64,000 nucleotides of DNA from Candidatus Woesearchaeota archaeon (GTDB lineage: Archaea; Nanobdellota; Nanobdellia; Woesearchaeales; UBA9642): positions 10,275 through 74,274 of the forward strand of contig JAWABG010000002.1 of assembly GCA_038884715.1 (NCBI GenBank), in the 5' to 3' direction. The position numbers were made by a program, and so were the translations under genes. The notes beneath the pieces were generated by a model. The model searched no databases and had not been told where the DNA came from. It saw only the letters and a program-made list of their open reading frames with translations. Shown piece by piece: positions 7,593-17,340 of the stretch. Position 1 is the first letter of the stretch; the number at the start of each line of letters is the position of its first letter.

Positions 7593-10301
7593 ATGGACAA
7601 AATTGTAAAATTAAAGGTTACTGAGGCTGTGCAGGATGATGTAAATAAAGGTATAGTCAGGATTGATAATACTTATATGCAATCGATCGGTATTAGGCCT
7701 GGAGATATAATTGAGGTTACGGGTGGAAGAACAACTCTTGCTTTTGTTGAAAGAGCGTATCCGGGTGACATTGGACTAGATATAATAAGAATGGATGGTT
7801 TAATAAGGAGAAATGCTAAAACTAGTCTTGGAGAAATTGTAACAATTAAAAAAGCAGATGTTAAGGAGGCAAAGACTGTTAATATTGCCCCCGCCAAAGA
7901 GGGAATTACATTCAGGGCAAATCCCATAATTTTCAAACAGGGCTTAATGGGCAGAGCTTTAATGAAAGGTGATATTATTTCTTTTGGTGGAACTAGACGA
8001 AGACGAACAAATATGTCAAATACTCCTTTTGATGATATTTTTAGTATGCTTGATGAGACTATGATGGGTTTTGGATTTGGAGAACTTAAGCTTGTTGTCG
8101 TTGATACGAATCCTAAAGGTGGAGTTTTTGTTAATGAGCAAACGGAAGTAATATTTAATCCAGAGGCTGTTGAATTAAAAGAGGAACAAGCTTTAGAAGT
8201 TACATATGAAGATATTGGTGGACTTGAAGAAGAAGTTAAAAAGGTTAGAGAGATGATTGAACTTCCTTTAAAGCACCCCGAGTTATTTGAAAGATTAGGA
8301 ATTGAACCTCCGAAAGGTGTTCTGCTTCACGGACCTCCTGGAACAGGTAAGACAATGCTCGCAAAGGCAGTTGCAACAGAGACAAATGCACATTTTTTAT
8401 TAATTAATGGTCCAGAAATTATGAGTAAATATTATGGACAATCTGAGGAGAATCTTAGAAAGAAGTTTGAAGAGGCTGAAAAGAATGCTCCAAGCATTAT
8501 TTTTATTGATGAGATTGATGCTATTGCTACTAAAAGAGAAGAAACCCATGGCGAAGTTGAAAAACGTGTTGTTGCCCAACTTTTGGCAATGATGGATGGT
8601 CTTAAGACAAGAGGAAAGGTAATTGTAATTGCAGCAACCAATATTCCGAATGCGCTAGACCCCGCACTAAGAAGGCCGGGTAGGTTTGATAGAGAAATCG
8701 AGATTGGGGTTCCAGGAAAAGAAGGAAGACTTGACATACTTAAGATTCACACGAGAAATATGCCACTTGAAGGAGGATTTTATGTGGATATCTTTGAAGA
8801 GAAACTTTTGAAACAAATTGAAAAAATAAATGGAGAGTTTCTTAGAGAATTAGATGATAATAATTATAAATTGAAGGAATTAAAAACAAAATTAAAAAAA
8901 ATTGATGAAATTAGTAATCAAAATATTTCAAGCAAGATAAAACTAACTGAAAAGAGTATTAAGGATTTAGAGGATAAAATAAAAAGGCTTGCTAATTTAA
9001 AAGATAAAGCAGATAACAAGTTGCTTATTAATAAACTGGGCTCGAGGATCAAAAAATTTGATGAAACAAAAAAAACATATGATATTTCAGAAATCAAGTC
9101 TGAGTTGTTAGTTTTTTTTCAAAATGAAAAAGAAAAAGAGATAATATCAGAATTAATTGAATTCAAAATAATTTCACCCGAACTCGTAAGAAGCATTAAA
9201 GAAAGTGGAAGAAGCAAAGATCTGGAAAATATTGCCGCGATTACTCATGGGTTCGTAGGAGCTGACCTTGCTGCTTTGGCAAAAGAAGCTGCAATGATTG
9301 TATTAAGAAGAGTACTTCCAAATCTTACATTAAAAGAAGACCAAGCTATTTCTAAGGAAGTATTAGAGAAATTGATGATAACTCTGGATGATTTTAGGGA
9401 AGCTTTAAAGGTCGTAAGGCCAAGTGCACTTAGAGAGGTTCTTATAGAAAAACCAAACATTAAGTGGGCAGACATAGGGGGTCTTGAAAAAGTAAAGCAA
9501 GAACTCAAAGAAGCAGTTGAATGGCCACTTAAGACTCCTGAAGCATTCAAAAGATTAGGGGTAAAACCACCAAAAGGGATACTTATTTATGGTGCTCCAG
9601 GCACTGGAAAAACATTGCTTGCAAAGGCAGTAGCTACAGAAAGCGAGGCAAATTTTATTTCTGTTAAAGGTCCTGAGCTGTTAAGTAAATGGGTTGGAGA
9701 AAGTGAAAAGGCAGTAAGAGAAGTTTTCAAAAAAGCAAGACAAACAAGCCCAACAATAATATTTTTTGATGAACTTGATAGTTTAGCTCCAAGAAGAGGA
9801 GCAAGTAGTGACAGCCACGTAACAGAAAGAGTTGTTAACCAGTTGCTCACCGAAATTGATGGACTTAGTGAGATGAATGACGTTGTAATTATTGCTGCAT
9901 CGAACAGGCCAGATATTATTGATACAGCGTTATTGCGACCGGGAAGATTTGACAGGATTATTTTAACGCCTGTTCCTGATGAAAAGACAAGACTTGAGAT
10001 ATTCAAAGTTCATACAAAAAAAATGCCACTAAAAAACGTAAAAATTGAGGAGCTCGCAAAAAAAACACAAGGATATGTTGGGGCTGATATTGAAGCGGTT
10101 TGTAGAGAGGCAGCAATTCTTGCATTAAGAAAAGACATAAAAGCAAAAGAAGTAACAATGGAACATTTTGAAGAAGCGTTAGAAAAAGTAAAACCATCTG
10201 TTACAAAAGAAGTGGAAGCAGCGTATGTAGCATTACAGGAAGAGTTCACATCTGCAAAAGGAAAACAGTTGGTAGAAGAAAAACCAGTCTATATGGGATA
10301 A
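7593..10301 (+). CDS. cdc48: Cdc48/VCP-type double AAA+ ATPase with a roughly 150-aa insertion in D1
   Basis: Cdc48 N-domain (VRIDN..GIRPGD), then two Walker A sites ([16 protein letters not shown]) and two Walker B sites ([16 protein letters not shown]). The ATG at 7593 follows a GAGGGG Shine-Dalgarno-like motif. An alternative ATG lies at 7569. Confidence 0.9.
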   Translation: MDKIVKLKVTEAVQDDVNKGIVRIDNTYMQSIGIRPGDIIEVTGGRTTLAFVERAYPGDIGLDIIRMDGLIRRNAKTSLGEIVTIKKADVKEAKTVNIAPAKEGITFRANPIIFKQGLMGRALMKGDIISFGGTRRRRTNMSNTPFDDIFSMLDETMMGFGFGELKLVVVDTNPKGGVFVNEQTEVIFNPEAVELKEEQALEVTYEDIGGLEEEVKKVREMIELPLKHPELFERLGIEPPKGVLLHGPPGTGKTMLAKAVATETNAHFLLINGPEIMSKYYGQSEENLRKKFEEAEKNAPSIIFIDEIDAIATKREETHGEVEKRVVAQLLAMMDGLKTRGKVIVIAATNIPNALDPALRRPGRFDREIEIGVPGKEGRLDILKIHTRNMPLEGGFYVDIFEEKLLKQIEKINGEFLRELDDNNYKLKELKTKLKKIDEISNQNISSKIKLTEKSIKDLEDKIKRLANLKDKADNKLLINKLGSRIKKFDETKKTYDISEIKSELLVFFQNEKEKEIISELIEFKIISPELVRSIKESGRSKDLENIAAITHGFVGADLAALAKEAAMIVLRRVLPNLTLKEDQAISKEVLEKLMITLDDFREALKVVRPSALREVLIEKPNIKWADIGGLEKVKQELKEAVEWPLKTPEAFKRLGVKPPKGILIYGAPGTGKTLLAKAVATESEANFISVKGPELLSKWVGESEKAVREVFKKARQTSPTIIFFDELDSLAPRRGASSDSHVTERVVNQLLTEIDGLSEMNDVVIIAASNRPDIIDTALLRPGRFDRIILTPVPDEKTRLEIFKVHTKKMPLKNVKIEELAKKTQGYVGADIEAVCREAAILALRKDIKAKEVTMEHFEEALEKVKPSVTKEVEAAYVALQEEFTSAKGKQLVEEKPVYMG

Positions 10302-10524
10302 TATATTTCTCGAGTCTGTTTTTAATTATTTTTTATTAAGTATCTAACATTTTCTTATTTTTCAATTTTTTTATTATATTCTTTTTATTATATATTATAT
10401 AATATAATTATTAAAAATTATATTAAATATAATATAATTATAATGAAAATTATAATTATAATTAAAATAAAAACTTATACAAAACTTAATTATAATCTAA
10501 AAATTTATAAATCTATTTTTTATT

Positions 10525-11886
10525 ATGATGTTTGTTATGGTACTTAATCTCGAATTTATTCCTGGAAATTTTGTAAAACTCGAAACAATTAATGGAACAT
10601 TTAAAGGTAAAGTGATGCCTCCAAGTGAATTGGCTCCAAAAGATGTAATTATTATTAAACTCGATAACGGGTATAATATTGGTTTAAAGAAAAATTCCAT
10701 TAAAAATTTTGAAATTATTAAAGAGGAAAAAAATACAAAGGAAAAAATTAGAAAAGTAAGCCAAAGAATAAAACCAGCTTTAAAACAAAATAAACATCTT
10801 CCTAAGATTACAATTCTTCATACAGGAGGAACAATTGCTTCAAGAGTTGATTATAATACTGGCGGGGTTATTGCTAATTTTGAGCCAAAAGAAATTATTG
10901 CGATGTTTCCCGAGATCAGAGAGATTGCACAGATTGACAGTCAATTAATAGGAAATTTGTGGAGTCAGGATATTAGGTTTAGTCATTATAATCTTATTGG
11001 AGAGGCAATCAAAAAAGAAATAAAAAAAGGAGTTAAGGGAATTGTTATCACACACGGAACAGACACTTTACATTATACAGGTGCAGCGCTATCTTTCATG
11101 TTTGAAAATCTTCCTATTCCAATAATAATTGTGGGCTCACAAAGGTCAAGTGACAGAGGAAGTAGCGATGCAGCATTTAACTTAATAAGTGCAATAGCTT
11201 TTATTGTGAACACAAATTATAAAGGTGTCTGCACTTGCCTTCATGAAAATATTAGTGATGATTCCTGCTTAATTATTAATGCTCTAAAGGTAAGAAAAAT
11301 GCATACATCGAGAAGAGATGCATTTAGGCCAATAAACACGACCGCCATTGCTAGAATCAATTATAAAACAAAGCAAGTAGAATATTTGAAAAGAGTAGAA
11401 AATGACTCTATTCTTGAGCAAGAAAAGGAATTAAAGTATTTTCCCTTCAATGAAAAATTAAAGATAGGTTTAATAAAAACACACACTAATATGTATGCTG
11501 AGCAATTTGATGTTTATGAAAAATTTGATGGATTAGTTATTGAAGCTACAGGTTTAGGAAATGGACCAACAACAAAAATTGACAATTATACTGAAGAAAA
11601 TGAAAGAATCAAAGAGAAGATCGAGAAGATAACAAAAAAAATTCCGGTCGCAATTACGAGTCAGTGCATTTATGGAAGAATTAATATGAATGTTTATAGC
11701 AATCAACGAGTAATGCAGGAAATCGGTGTTTTGGGTCATGGATGTGATATGACTCCTGAGACTGCTTTTATTAAACTTGCATGGTTGATTTCTAACTATG
11801 GGAGTGAAGATGTAAAAAAACTCTTTCATCAAAATCTTCGAGGAGAAATAACAGAACGAACAGATGAGGATTCTTTCTTGAGCTAA
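10525..11886 (+). CDS. gatD: Glu-tRNA(Gln) amidotransferase subunit D
   Basis: Asparaginase-type motifs ILHTGGTIAS and ITHGTDTL. It lies immediately upstream of gatE. Confidence 0.85.
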   Translation: MMFVMVLNLEFIPGNFVKLETINGTFKGKVMPPSELAPKDVIIIKLDNGYNIGLKKNSIKNFEIIKEEKNTKEKIRKVSQRIKPALKQNKHLPKITILHTGGTIASRVDYNTGGVIANFEPKEIIAMFPEIREIAQIDSQLIGNLWSQDIRFSHYNLIGEAIKKEIKKGVKGIVITHGTDTLHYTGAALSFMFENLPIPIIIVGSQRSSDRGSSDAAFNLISAIAFIVNTNYKGVCTCLHENISDDSCLIINALKVRKMHTSRRDAFRPINTTAIARINYKTKQVEYLKRVENDSILEQEKELKYFPFNEKLKIGLIKTHTNMYAEQFDVYEKFDGLVIEATGLGNGPTTKIDNYTEENERIKEKIEKITKKIPVAITSQCIYGRINMNVYSNQRVMQEIGVLGHGCDMTPETAFIKLAWLISNYGSEDVKKLFHQNLRGEITERTDEDSFLS

Positions 11887-11887
11887 G

Positions 11888-13702
11888 ATGATAGATTATA
11901 CAACCATCGGGTTAAAGTGCGGACTTGAAATTCACCAGCAACTAAACACAAAAAAACTTTTTTGTAACTGTAATTCTGTTATTGTTGAGGAACCACCTGA
12001 TTTTTCTATAAGGAGAAGGCTTAGGGCAGTTGCTGGTGAGACTGGCGAAATAGACGTGGCTGCTATTCATGAGATGTTAAAAGATAAGTATATTATATAC
12101 GAGGGATATTATAATAATACTTGTCTTGTTGAACTTGATGAAGAACCACCACATAATATGAATTCTAATGCCTTTTATGCTTGCTTACAAATGGCAAAGA
12201 TTCTTAATGCAAAGATAAATGATTATATTCACGTCATGAGAAAAACAGTAGTTGATGGTTCTAATACTTCAGGATTTCAACGAACTGCATTAGTTGCAGT
12301 AAATGGTTTTTTAGAACTGAACAATAAAAAAATTCAAATTCCTACATTATGTCTTGAAGAAGATGCCGCAAGAATTATCAGTGCAGAAAAGGAATTTACA
12401 GTTTACAGGTTAGATAGACTTGGAATACCACTAATTGAGATTGCTACCGATGCTTCAATATCAAGTCCTGAAGAATGCAAGGAGGTTGCTGCTTATATAG
12501 GAATGTTGCTCAGAAGCACCGGTAAGGTCAGGAGGGGTATTGGAACAATAAGACAAGATGTTAATATCTCGATAAAAGAAGGGAACAGAGTTGAAATTAA
12601 AGGAGCACAGGATTTAAGATTGCTACCCAAAATTGTTGAATACGAGGTTTTAAGACAAAAAAATCTGATTGAATTGAAGCAATTATTACTTGATAAAAAA
12701 ATAAAATTTAATAAAAAAGATATTAAAATTTTTGATTTAACTAAGATATTTGATAAAACCAATTGTAAGATAATTCAACAAAAAAAATCTGTTTTTGGAA
12801 TAAAAATTAAAGATTTTAAAGGTTTATTTGGAAGAGAAACGCAACCAGGAAGGCGAGTGGGTTCAGAATTAAGTGATTATGGAAAAACTAGGCGTATTAA
12901 AGGATTATTTCACAGCGATGAGCAACTTTCTAAATATAATATTTCTATGGATGAAGTTAACAAGATTGAAGAATCTTTGAAAATTAATAAAAACGATGCT
13001 TTTATTTTAATTGCTGAGGAAAAAGATATTGCTGAAAAGGCATTCGATGTAATCTTGGATAGAATTTCTCACTTATTCGTGGGTGTGCCGAAAGAAGTAA
13101 GAAATGCAAATGATGATGGCACAAGCAGTTTTCTTAGACCAATGCCCGGAAGCTCAAGAATGTATCCAGAAACGGATATTTATCCCATTACTCCAGATCT
13201 ACAAAATATAGAACTACCTGAGTTGATTTCAGATAAAATATTGCGAATGGAAAAAAATTATAAAATTAGTAAGGAACTTGCAACAATTATTGTGAAGGAA
13301 GGAATAGAAATTGAACGATACATTCAAAAATATAAAAATATCAAGCCAACTTTTATTGCTGAGTTTTTTTATTCTATGCCTATTGAGTTTAAGAAGAGAT
13401 ACAACATAGATTATGACCCGGAAAATTTTGCAGAGGAATTGTTTGCCAAAATAAACAACAACGAAATTTCTTATTCTGCTGTAGAAGAAATAATTGTAAA
13501 AAAAGCAAAAGGAGAAATAATAAATTTTTCTGATTATTCAACAATTGATGAAAAAATATTGGAGACTAAAATAATGGATATTATTGATAAAAATAAAAAT
13601 GCTTCAATGAACGCATTAATGGGTATTGCAATGAAAGAACTTAAAGGAAAAACAGAAGGAAAAAAAATTATGCAATTATTAAAAAAATTTTTAATAAAAT
13701 GA
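11888..13702 (+). CDS. gatE: Glu-tRNA(Gln) amidotransferase subunit E
   Basis: N-terminus GLKCGLEIHQQL and a GatB/E-type core. The start is 1 nt after the gatD stop. Confidence 0.85.
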   Translation: MIDYTTIGLKCGLEIHQQLNTKKLFCNCNSVIVEEPPDFSIRRRLRAVAGETGEIDVAAIHEMLKDKYIIYEGYYNNTCLVELDEEPPHNMNSNAFYACLQMAKILNAKINDYIHVMRKTVVDGSNTSGFQRTALVAVNGFLELNNKKIQIPTLCLEEDAARIISAEKEFTVYRLDRLGIPLIEIATDASISSPEECKEVAAYIGMLLRSTGKVRRGIGTIRQDVNISIKEGNRVEIKGAQDLRLLPKIVEYEVLRQKNLIELKQLLLDKKIKFNKKDIKIFDLTKIFDKTNCKIIQQKKSVFGIKIKDFKGLFGRETQPGRRVGSELSDYGKTRRIKGLFHSDEQLSKYNISMDEVNKIEESLKINKNDAFILIAEEKDIAEKAFDVILDRISHLFVGVPKEVRNANDDGTSSFLRPMPGSSRMYPETDIYPITPDLQNIELPELISDKILRMEKNYKISKELATIIVKEGIEIERYIQKYKNIKPTFIAEFFYSMPIEFKKRYNIDYDPENFAEELFAKINNNEISYSAVEEIIVKKAKGEIINFSDYSTIDEKILETKIMDIIDKNKNASMNALMGIAMKELKGKTEGKKIMQLLKKFLIK

Positions 13703-14229
13703 GAATAAAAAAAACTGGCAAAAACCAACCAAAAGTATTAAATGAAGAATCCCAAAAAGAAAAAATTCCAATTTTTGGTTTTATTGGTTTTATTGATATT
13801 TTCCTACTTTTATGTGGCTCCCTAACAGTAATATTTGGAATAATTAACCAGTTTCAGCAGTCTGCACTTTTTCTTGTAATTGGGCTGTTGTTTTATTTTG
13901 CTAGAAAAAAACTTGAAAAGATTTATGTCCAAGAGGCAATGATAAACATTGAAACAGTTTCAAAATTTTTATGCCTTGGTCTGGGTCCTTTATTTCTTAT
14001 TTTTGCAAAAATTATATCTTTATCACCAGACTCAGTTTTTATATTTATTCCGATAATGGTTGCTTTTACCGGTTCTGCAATAAATGCTTCAAAGAAAAAA
14101 GCCAAGATAAATCTCGCGGTTTACGCGATCCTGTTATTGTTGATATTTATATTCTTAAATTATAGCATAATTAATGAGGTTTTTGCATCATTATTATTGT
14201 TTATTTTAGGAGTAATTCTATTTTTATAA
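13699..14229 (+). CDS. Polytopic membrane protein, function unknown
   Basis: Four to five hydrophobic helices. ATGA start/stop overlap with gatE. Confidence 0.45.
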   Translation: MRIKKTGKNQPKVLNEESQKEKIPIFGFIGFIDIFLLLCGSLTVIFGIINQFQQSALFLVIGLLFYFARKKLEKIYVQEAMINIETVSKFLCLGLGPLFLIFAKIISLSPDSVFIFIPIMVAFTGSAINASKKKAKINLAVYAILLLLIFIFLNYSIINEVFASLLLFILGVILFL

Positions 14230-14428
14230 ATAAGTATTTTTTTAAAATAATATTAGAAAGTAATCTAAATAAACTAAATATGATTAACTTTGATCTATGT
14301 TCGGGATTTAAGATTCATTTTTTCCAGATAGCAAAATTCTTGATAGGATGGGACGTTGAGATATGTTCAATGGAAAAGAAGTGATTATTGTAAATCAAAT
14401 TCAGAATTCTATACTTAAATTACTTAAA

Positions 14429-15568
14429 TTAGCCGTATTTTTTCTTAAGCTCCAACCATACAGAACACCAAAGCAATGAATCATCACAAATATAGAACAA
14501 CGATTCAAATGGCTGACCGTCGCTTGTAAAGACCTCAAGGAAGTTCTGATGTTTAAGAATCATCTCCTCATATTTATTTAAATATTCTTTCACTAACTCA
14601 GTTTTTTTGTATTTATCTAGGACTTTAAGATAGCACATGCCAAGATTCAACCAACTTGTTGTTCTTTCATATTCCGGAGCAAAAAATGTTAAAAGCAATG
14701 ATTCTTTCTCTGGTTTTTGTTTTCTATACTTTAATGGATAAGGATTATCAAAGCCTTCATCACGAATTATTTTATTTATTCTATCAAGAAATTCTTCATC
14801 ATCAATAATTCCTGAATAAAATGGGAATATATTTGCGTCAGAACAGAAATGCTTACTGCCTGAAAGATCATCAAGAAAATACCCAAAATTCCAGTATTTA
14901 GATAAAAGAATTTTTTTAAAATCAATATTGTTCAAAGGATTTTCAAACAAAAAATGTAGTTCTGAGTTAATTCTTTCAATAGTTTGGCTTAGCATAGCAA
15001 CCATACACGTATCATAGCATGACCTTTTTCTAATTGCATGATCATTCATTGCTAAAAAATGTCGATCCTTAATTAAAGAATCCTTGCTTTTATGATCAAT
15101 AACTTCCATATAAAACCTCAAAATTTCTTTTTGTAAAAAATCTTCATATTTTTTTATTAGACCATTATCCTTAAGAAGGTAAAGTGATCTGAAAATAAAG
15201 GCAACAGCATCTGGACTGTAAACATTTGGAATGTTTAACGGTTTACCTTGAGGATTAATTGTTTGTTTTATTCCACTTCTAAATCCCTTTGTATAAATAT
15301 TTAGTGCATAATTTAGTGTATCTTTCACTTCTCTTTCAAAGCCAAGATTAATCAATGATTCAGTACAAAATCCAAAATCTCGAGCAAAGAATTCACAAAA
15401 ATTACTCTTGCTTACCATAAAATAATTATTTTTTTTATTAAAACAATCATATATTATTTGTTCGCAAATCTCCTCTGCATTTCCAATATATTGTGGAAAT
15501 CCTTTTTTTCTAATTCGTCGTGCTCTTTTATAAAAACGCAAACCCTCTTTTAAAAAACTTAAAATCAT
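14429..15568 (-). CDS. Hypothetical protein, possibly an (alpha/alpha)6-barrel glycoside-hydrolase-like enzyme
   Basis: FFARDFGFCTESLINLGF resembles the W/F-x-RD...L..LG motif of six-hairpin glycosidases. This is weak evidence. Confidence 0.3.
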   Translation of the reverse strand: MILSFLKEGLRFYKRARRIRKKGFPQYIGNAEEICEQIIYDCFNKKNNYFMVSKSNFCEFFARDFGFCTESLINLGFEREVKDTLNYALNIYTKGFRSGIKQTINPQGKPLNIPNVYSPDAVAFIFRSLYLLKDNGLIKKYEDFLQKEILRFYMEVIDHKSKDSLIKDRHFLAMNDHAIRKRSCYDTCMVAMLSQTIERINSELHFLFENPLNNIDFKKILLSKYWNFGYFLDDLSGSKHFCSDANIFPFYSGIIDDEEFLDRINKIIRDEGFDNPYPLKYRKQKPEKESLLLTFFAPEYERTTSWLNLGMCYLKVLDKYKKTELVKEYLNKYEEMILKHQNFLEVFTSDGQPFESLFYICDDSLLWCSVWLELKKKYG

Positions 15569-15742
15569 ACTATAAAATATATTTATTTGATTGTTTTAAT
15601 ATTTTGTTGTTATTTAATATTTTAATATTTTTTATTAATTTTGTTCTGAAATGTTTTTTAGTGTTGATAAGAAAGGAGTATCACACTTAATTTCATAACT
15701 ATTGATAATCTCGTTAAATAATCTCTATTATTACTTTCAATA

Positions 15743-16870
15743 TTAATAATTCTTTTTTTCAGTTTTATTCTTTTGTGGCCTTATTTCAACATAATCTGGC
15801 CTTATATATTTTTTTACCTTTACTTTAATTTGCTTTCCATTAACATCCACTCTTATGTCTTCATATCCTGCGGCTTTTTTCAATGCGTTTCCAATATTCA
15901 ATCCATAATAGCTTAATACACCCAGACCAATACCAACTATAATAAGATCTCTGGCTCTAACCATTAATGATAGAGCAATAGCTGAGCTTTGTTTGACACC
16001 AAAAATTGCAAATGCACCTATCTGACCAGCTTCCATTGTTCCAAGAGCCATCGGAACGGGCGTAAGCATAGCAACACCGACAAATGAAACTATAAGAAAT
16101 ATTTTATCTATACCTATCTGAATTCCTAAAATCTGTGCAAGAAACTGATATTCAAAATACATGCCAATCCAGCTTAATATACTCAGTATTATTGTAAAAA
16201 TAAAAAACATTTTTTTATGCTTATAAAAGTTCACTAAAAGATCTTCAAAATATTTAATGTTTTGCTCATATTTCTTAAGAAAAAAAACCTTATTTAATTT
16301 CATTATCCTGAAAAGATGACTGAAAAAATATTCTGCCCTAAACAGTTTATAACAAAAATAGCAAATTGTTAAAGAAAATAATAACAATGCAATAATTAAA
16401 GGAATTTTTGCGTTCTTAGGTAGATTGACAGTCATTAAAACAACTATTCCACCCAAAACAAAGAAGATGCCTGAGCAGGTCGTCTCTATAACTTTATCTA
16501 TAGCAATTCCCGATAATGCATTTTTAAATTCTATTCTTTCTTTTTTCATAAGGGCTGCAGTAACCGGTTCTCCTCCAACTCTTGGGCCGGGAGTTAAATA
16601 ACTTACACCATATCCTGCTAATCTATAGCATGTGGCCTTCCAGAAACTAAGTCTAATTCCTTGATATTTCAATACAATCATCCATCGTATTGTTAGTGTA
16701 CTTTGAATAAATATTGACGCACAAAGGAATCCGATTATATATCCAAATTTGAGATTAGTGAATGATTCTAATATATCTTTAAATGAAAATGTGGATAAAA
16801 TTGATATAAATGCCACTATTCCAATGATTATGGAAAAAATAATAAGTATTTTCTTTATTTTTTCATTCAT
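15743..16870 (-). CDS. Flippase-like / lysyl-PG-synthase-TM (UPF0104) family membrane protein
   Basis: About eight TM helices with the typical N-terminus (KKILIIFSIIIGIVAFISIL...) and a basic C-terminal tail. Confidence 0.45.
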   Translation of the reverse strand: MNEKIKKILIIFSIIIGIVAFISILSTFSFKDILESFTNLKFGYIIGFLCASIFIQSTLTIRWMIVLKYQGIRLSFWKATCYRLAGYGVSYLTPGPRVGGEPVTAALMKKERIEFKNALSGIAIDKVIETTCSGIFFVLGGIVVLMTVNLPKNAKIPLIIALLLFSLTICYFCYKLFRAEYFFSHLFRIMKLNKVFFLKKYEQNIKYFEDLLVNFYKHKKMFFIFTIILSILSWIGMYFEYQFLAQILGIQIGIDKIFLIVSFVGVAMLTPVPMALGTMEAGQIGAFAIFGVKQSSAIALSLMVRARDLIIVGIGLGVLSYYGLNIGNALKKAAGYEDIRVDVNGKQIKVKVKKYIRPDYVEIRPQKNKTEKKNY

Positions 16871-17013
16871 TTTTATAATACTTTTTTATAATTTTTTAAC
16901 TTTTTTGTAGTATTTTTTTTGTAATATTATTATTTTATAATATTATTTTACATTTTATATTATATTTTTTATTTTTTTATCGTACTTTTATAATAATAAC
17001 GAGCCTGCGAGGA

Positions 17014-17048
17014 GTTTCAGAGTAGTGCGATTAAACGCAAAAACCCGC
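17014..17048 (-). other. tRNA intron 3, in the T-loop (59/60), 35 nt
   Basis: T-stem, then a perfect 4-bp central helix UUCA/UGAA, with 3-nt bulges AA|G and AC|U. Splicing restores UUCAAAU. Confidence 0.75.
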
Positions 17049-17070
17049 TTTGAACCCCGGACCTACTGCT

Positions 17071-17082
17071 TTCTTCATAGCA
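17071..17082 (-). other. tRNA intron 2, canonical 37/38 position, 12 nt (ugcuaugaagaa)
   Basis: Anticodon stem, then central helix CUCC/GAAG (3 of 4 pairs), with 3-nt bulges UA|U and AA|A. Confidence 0.7.
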
Positions 17083-17101
17083 TAGGAGGCAATCGCGCTA
17101 T

Positions 17102-17243
17102 GTGCCCCCGCCTAAGTCGTTTTTTAGGACTCCTATTAGTTTTTTCAATTGATGAAGCTTTACTTTTGGTGATTTGTGCTTTTTAGCTAAACAAGGAAAT
17201 TGTTAATTTCTGCACGGCTTTTTTTAAATTCTTTAAAAGGCGT
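17102..17243 (-). other. tRNA intron 1, in the D-loop after G19, about 142 nt (boundary +/-2 nt)
   Basis: Relaxed bulge-helix-bulge motif: central helix GCCU/GGGC, 5' bulge GG|A, intron helix CGCC/GGCG, 3' bulge AC|A. It contains internal hairpins (GAAAUU-AAC-AAUUUC and CCUAA...UUAGG). Confidence 0.7.
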
Positions 17244-17285
17244 CCAGGCTGCGCTACAGGCTCGTATACATAATGAAATATATGC

Positions 17286-17295
17286 TATTTTTAAA
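17286..17295 (-). promoter_or_regulatory. TATA box (tttaaaaata) for the tRNA gene
   Basis: Centred about 27 nt upstream of tRNA position +1 (17263), the standard archaeal spacing. Confidence 0.5.
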
Positions 17296-17340
17296 GGTTT
17301 AGTTTAATGGTAAATAATTTAAATTCATCTGTTCTTAAAA

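Larger units (their letters stand above)
17000..17263 (-). tRNA. tRNA-Arg (anticodon CCU) gene interrupted by three introns
   Basis: Minus-strand exons give acceptor GAGCCUG/CAGGCUC (7 Watson-Crick bp), U8 A9, D-stem GCGC/GCGC and D-loop AGCCUGG+AUA. The anticodon stem is AUUGC/GCAGU with loop CU-CCU-AA, followed by variable loop AGGUC. The T-arm is CGGGG-UUCAAAU-CCUCG and the discriminator is G. Lengths add up: 264 = 75 + 142 + 12 + 35. CCA is not encoded. Confidence 0.85.

Noticed and set aside
7673-10249. Nine antisense or alternative-frame ORFs inside cdc48 (7673-7936, 8432-8737, 9245-9550, 9587-10006, 10003-10197, 10010-10249), and similar ones inside other large genes
   Set aside because: They lie entirely within strongly supported conserved genes. 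Their Ser/Leu/Phe-rich low-complexity translations are typical of the reverse frames of Lys/Glu-rich AT-rich genes, and they show no motifs.
10321-10524. Highly AT-rich, quasi-palindromic intergenic region (tataat/attata runs) as a possible replication origin
   Set aside because: There are no ORB-like repeated elements and no adjacent orc1/cdc6 gene. The composition matches other intergenic spacers in this genome (for example 16871-16999 and 36800-37068).
17014-17082. Box C/D-like sRNA spanning tRNA introns 2 and 3 (AUGAAGA ... CUGA about 60 nt apart)
   Set aside because: The C-box is imperfect, there is no terminal stem and no C'/D' boxes. The boxes are fully explained as parts of the BHB bulges and helices.
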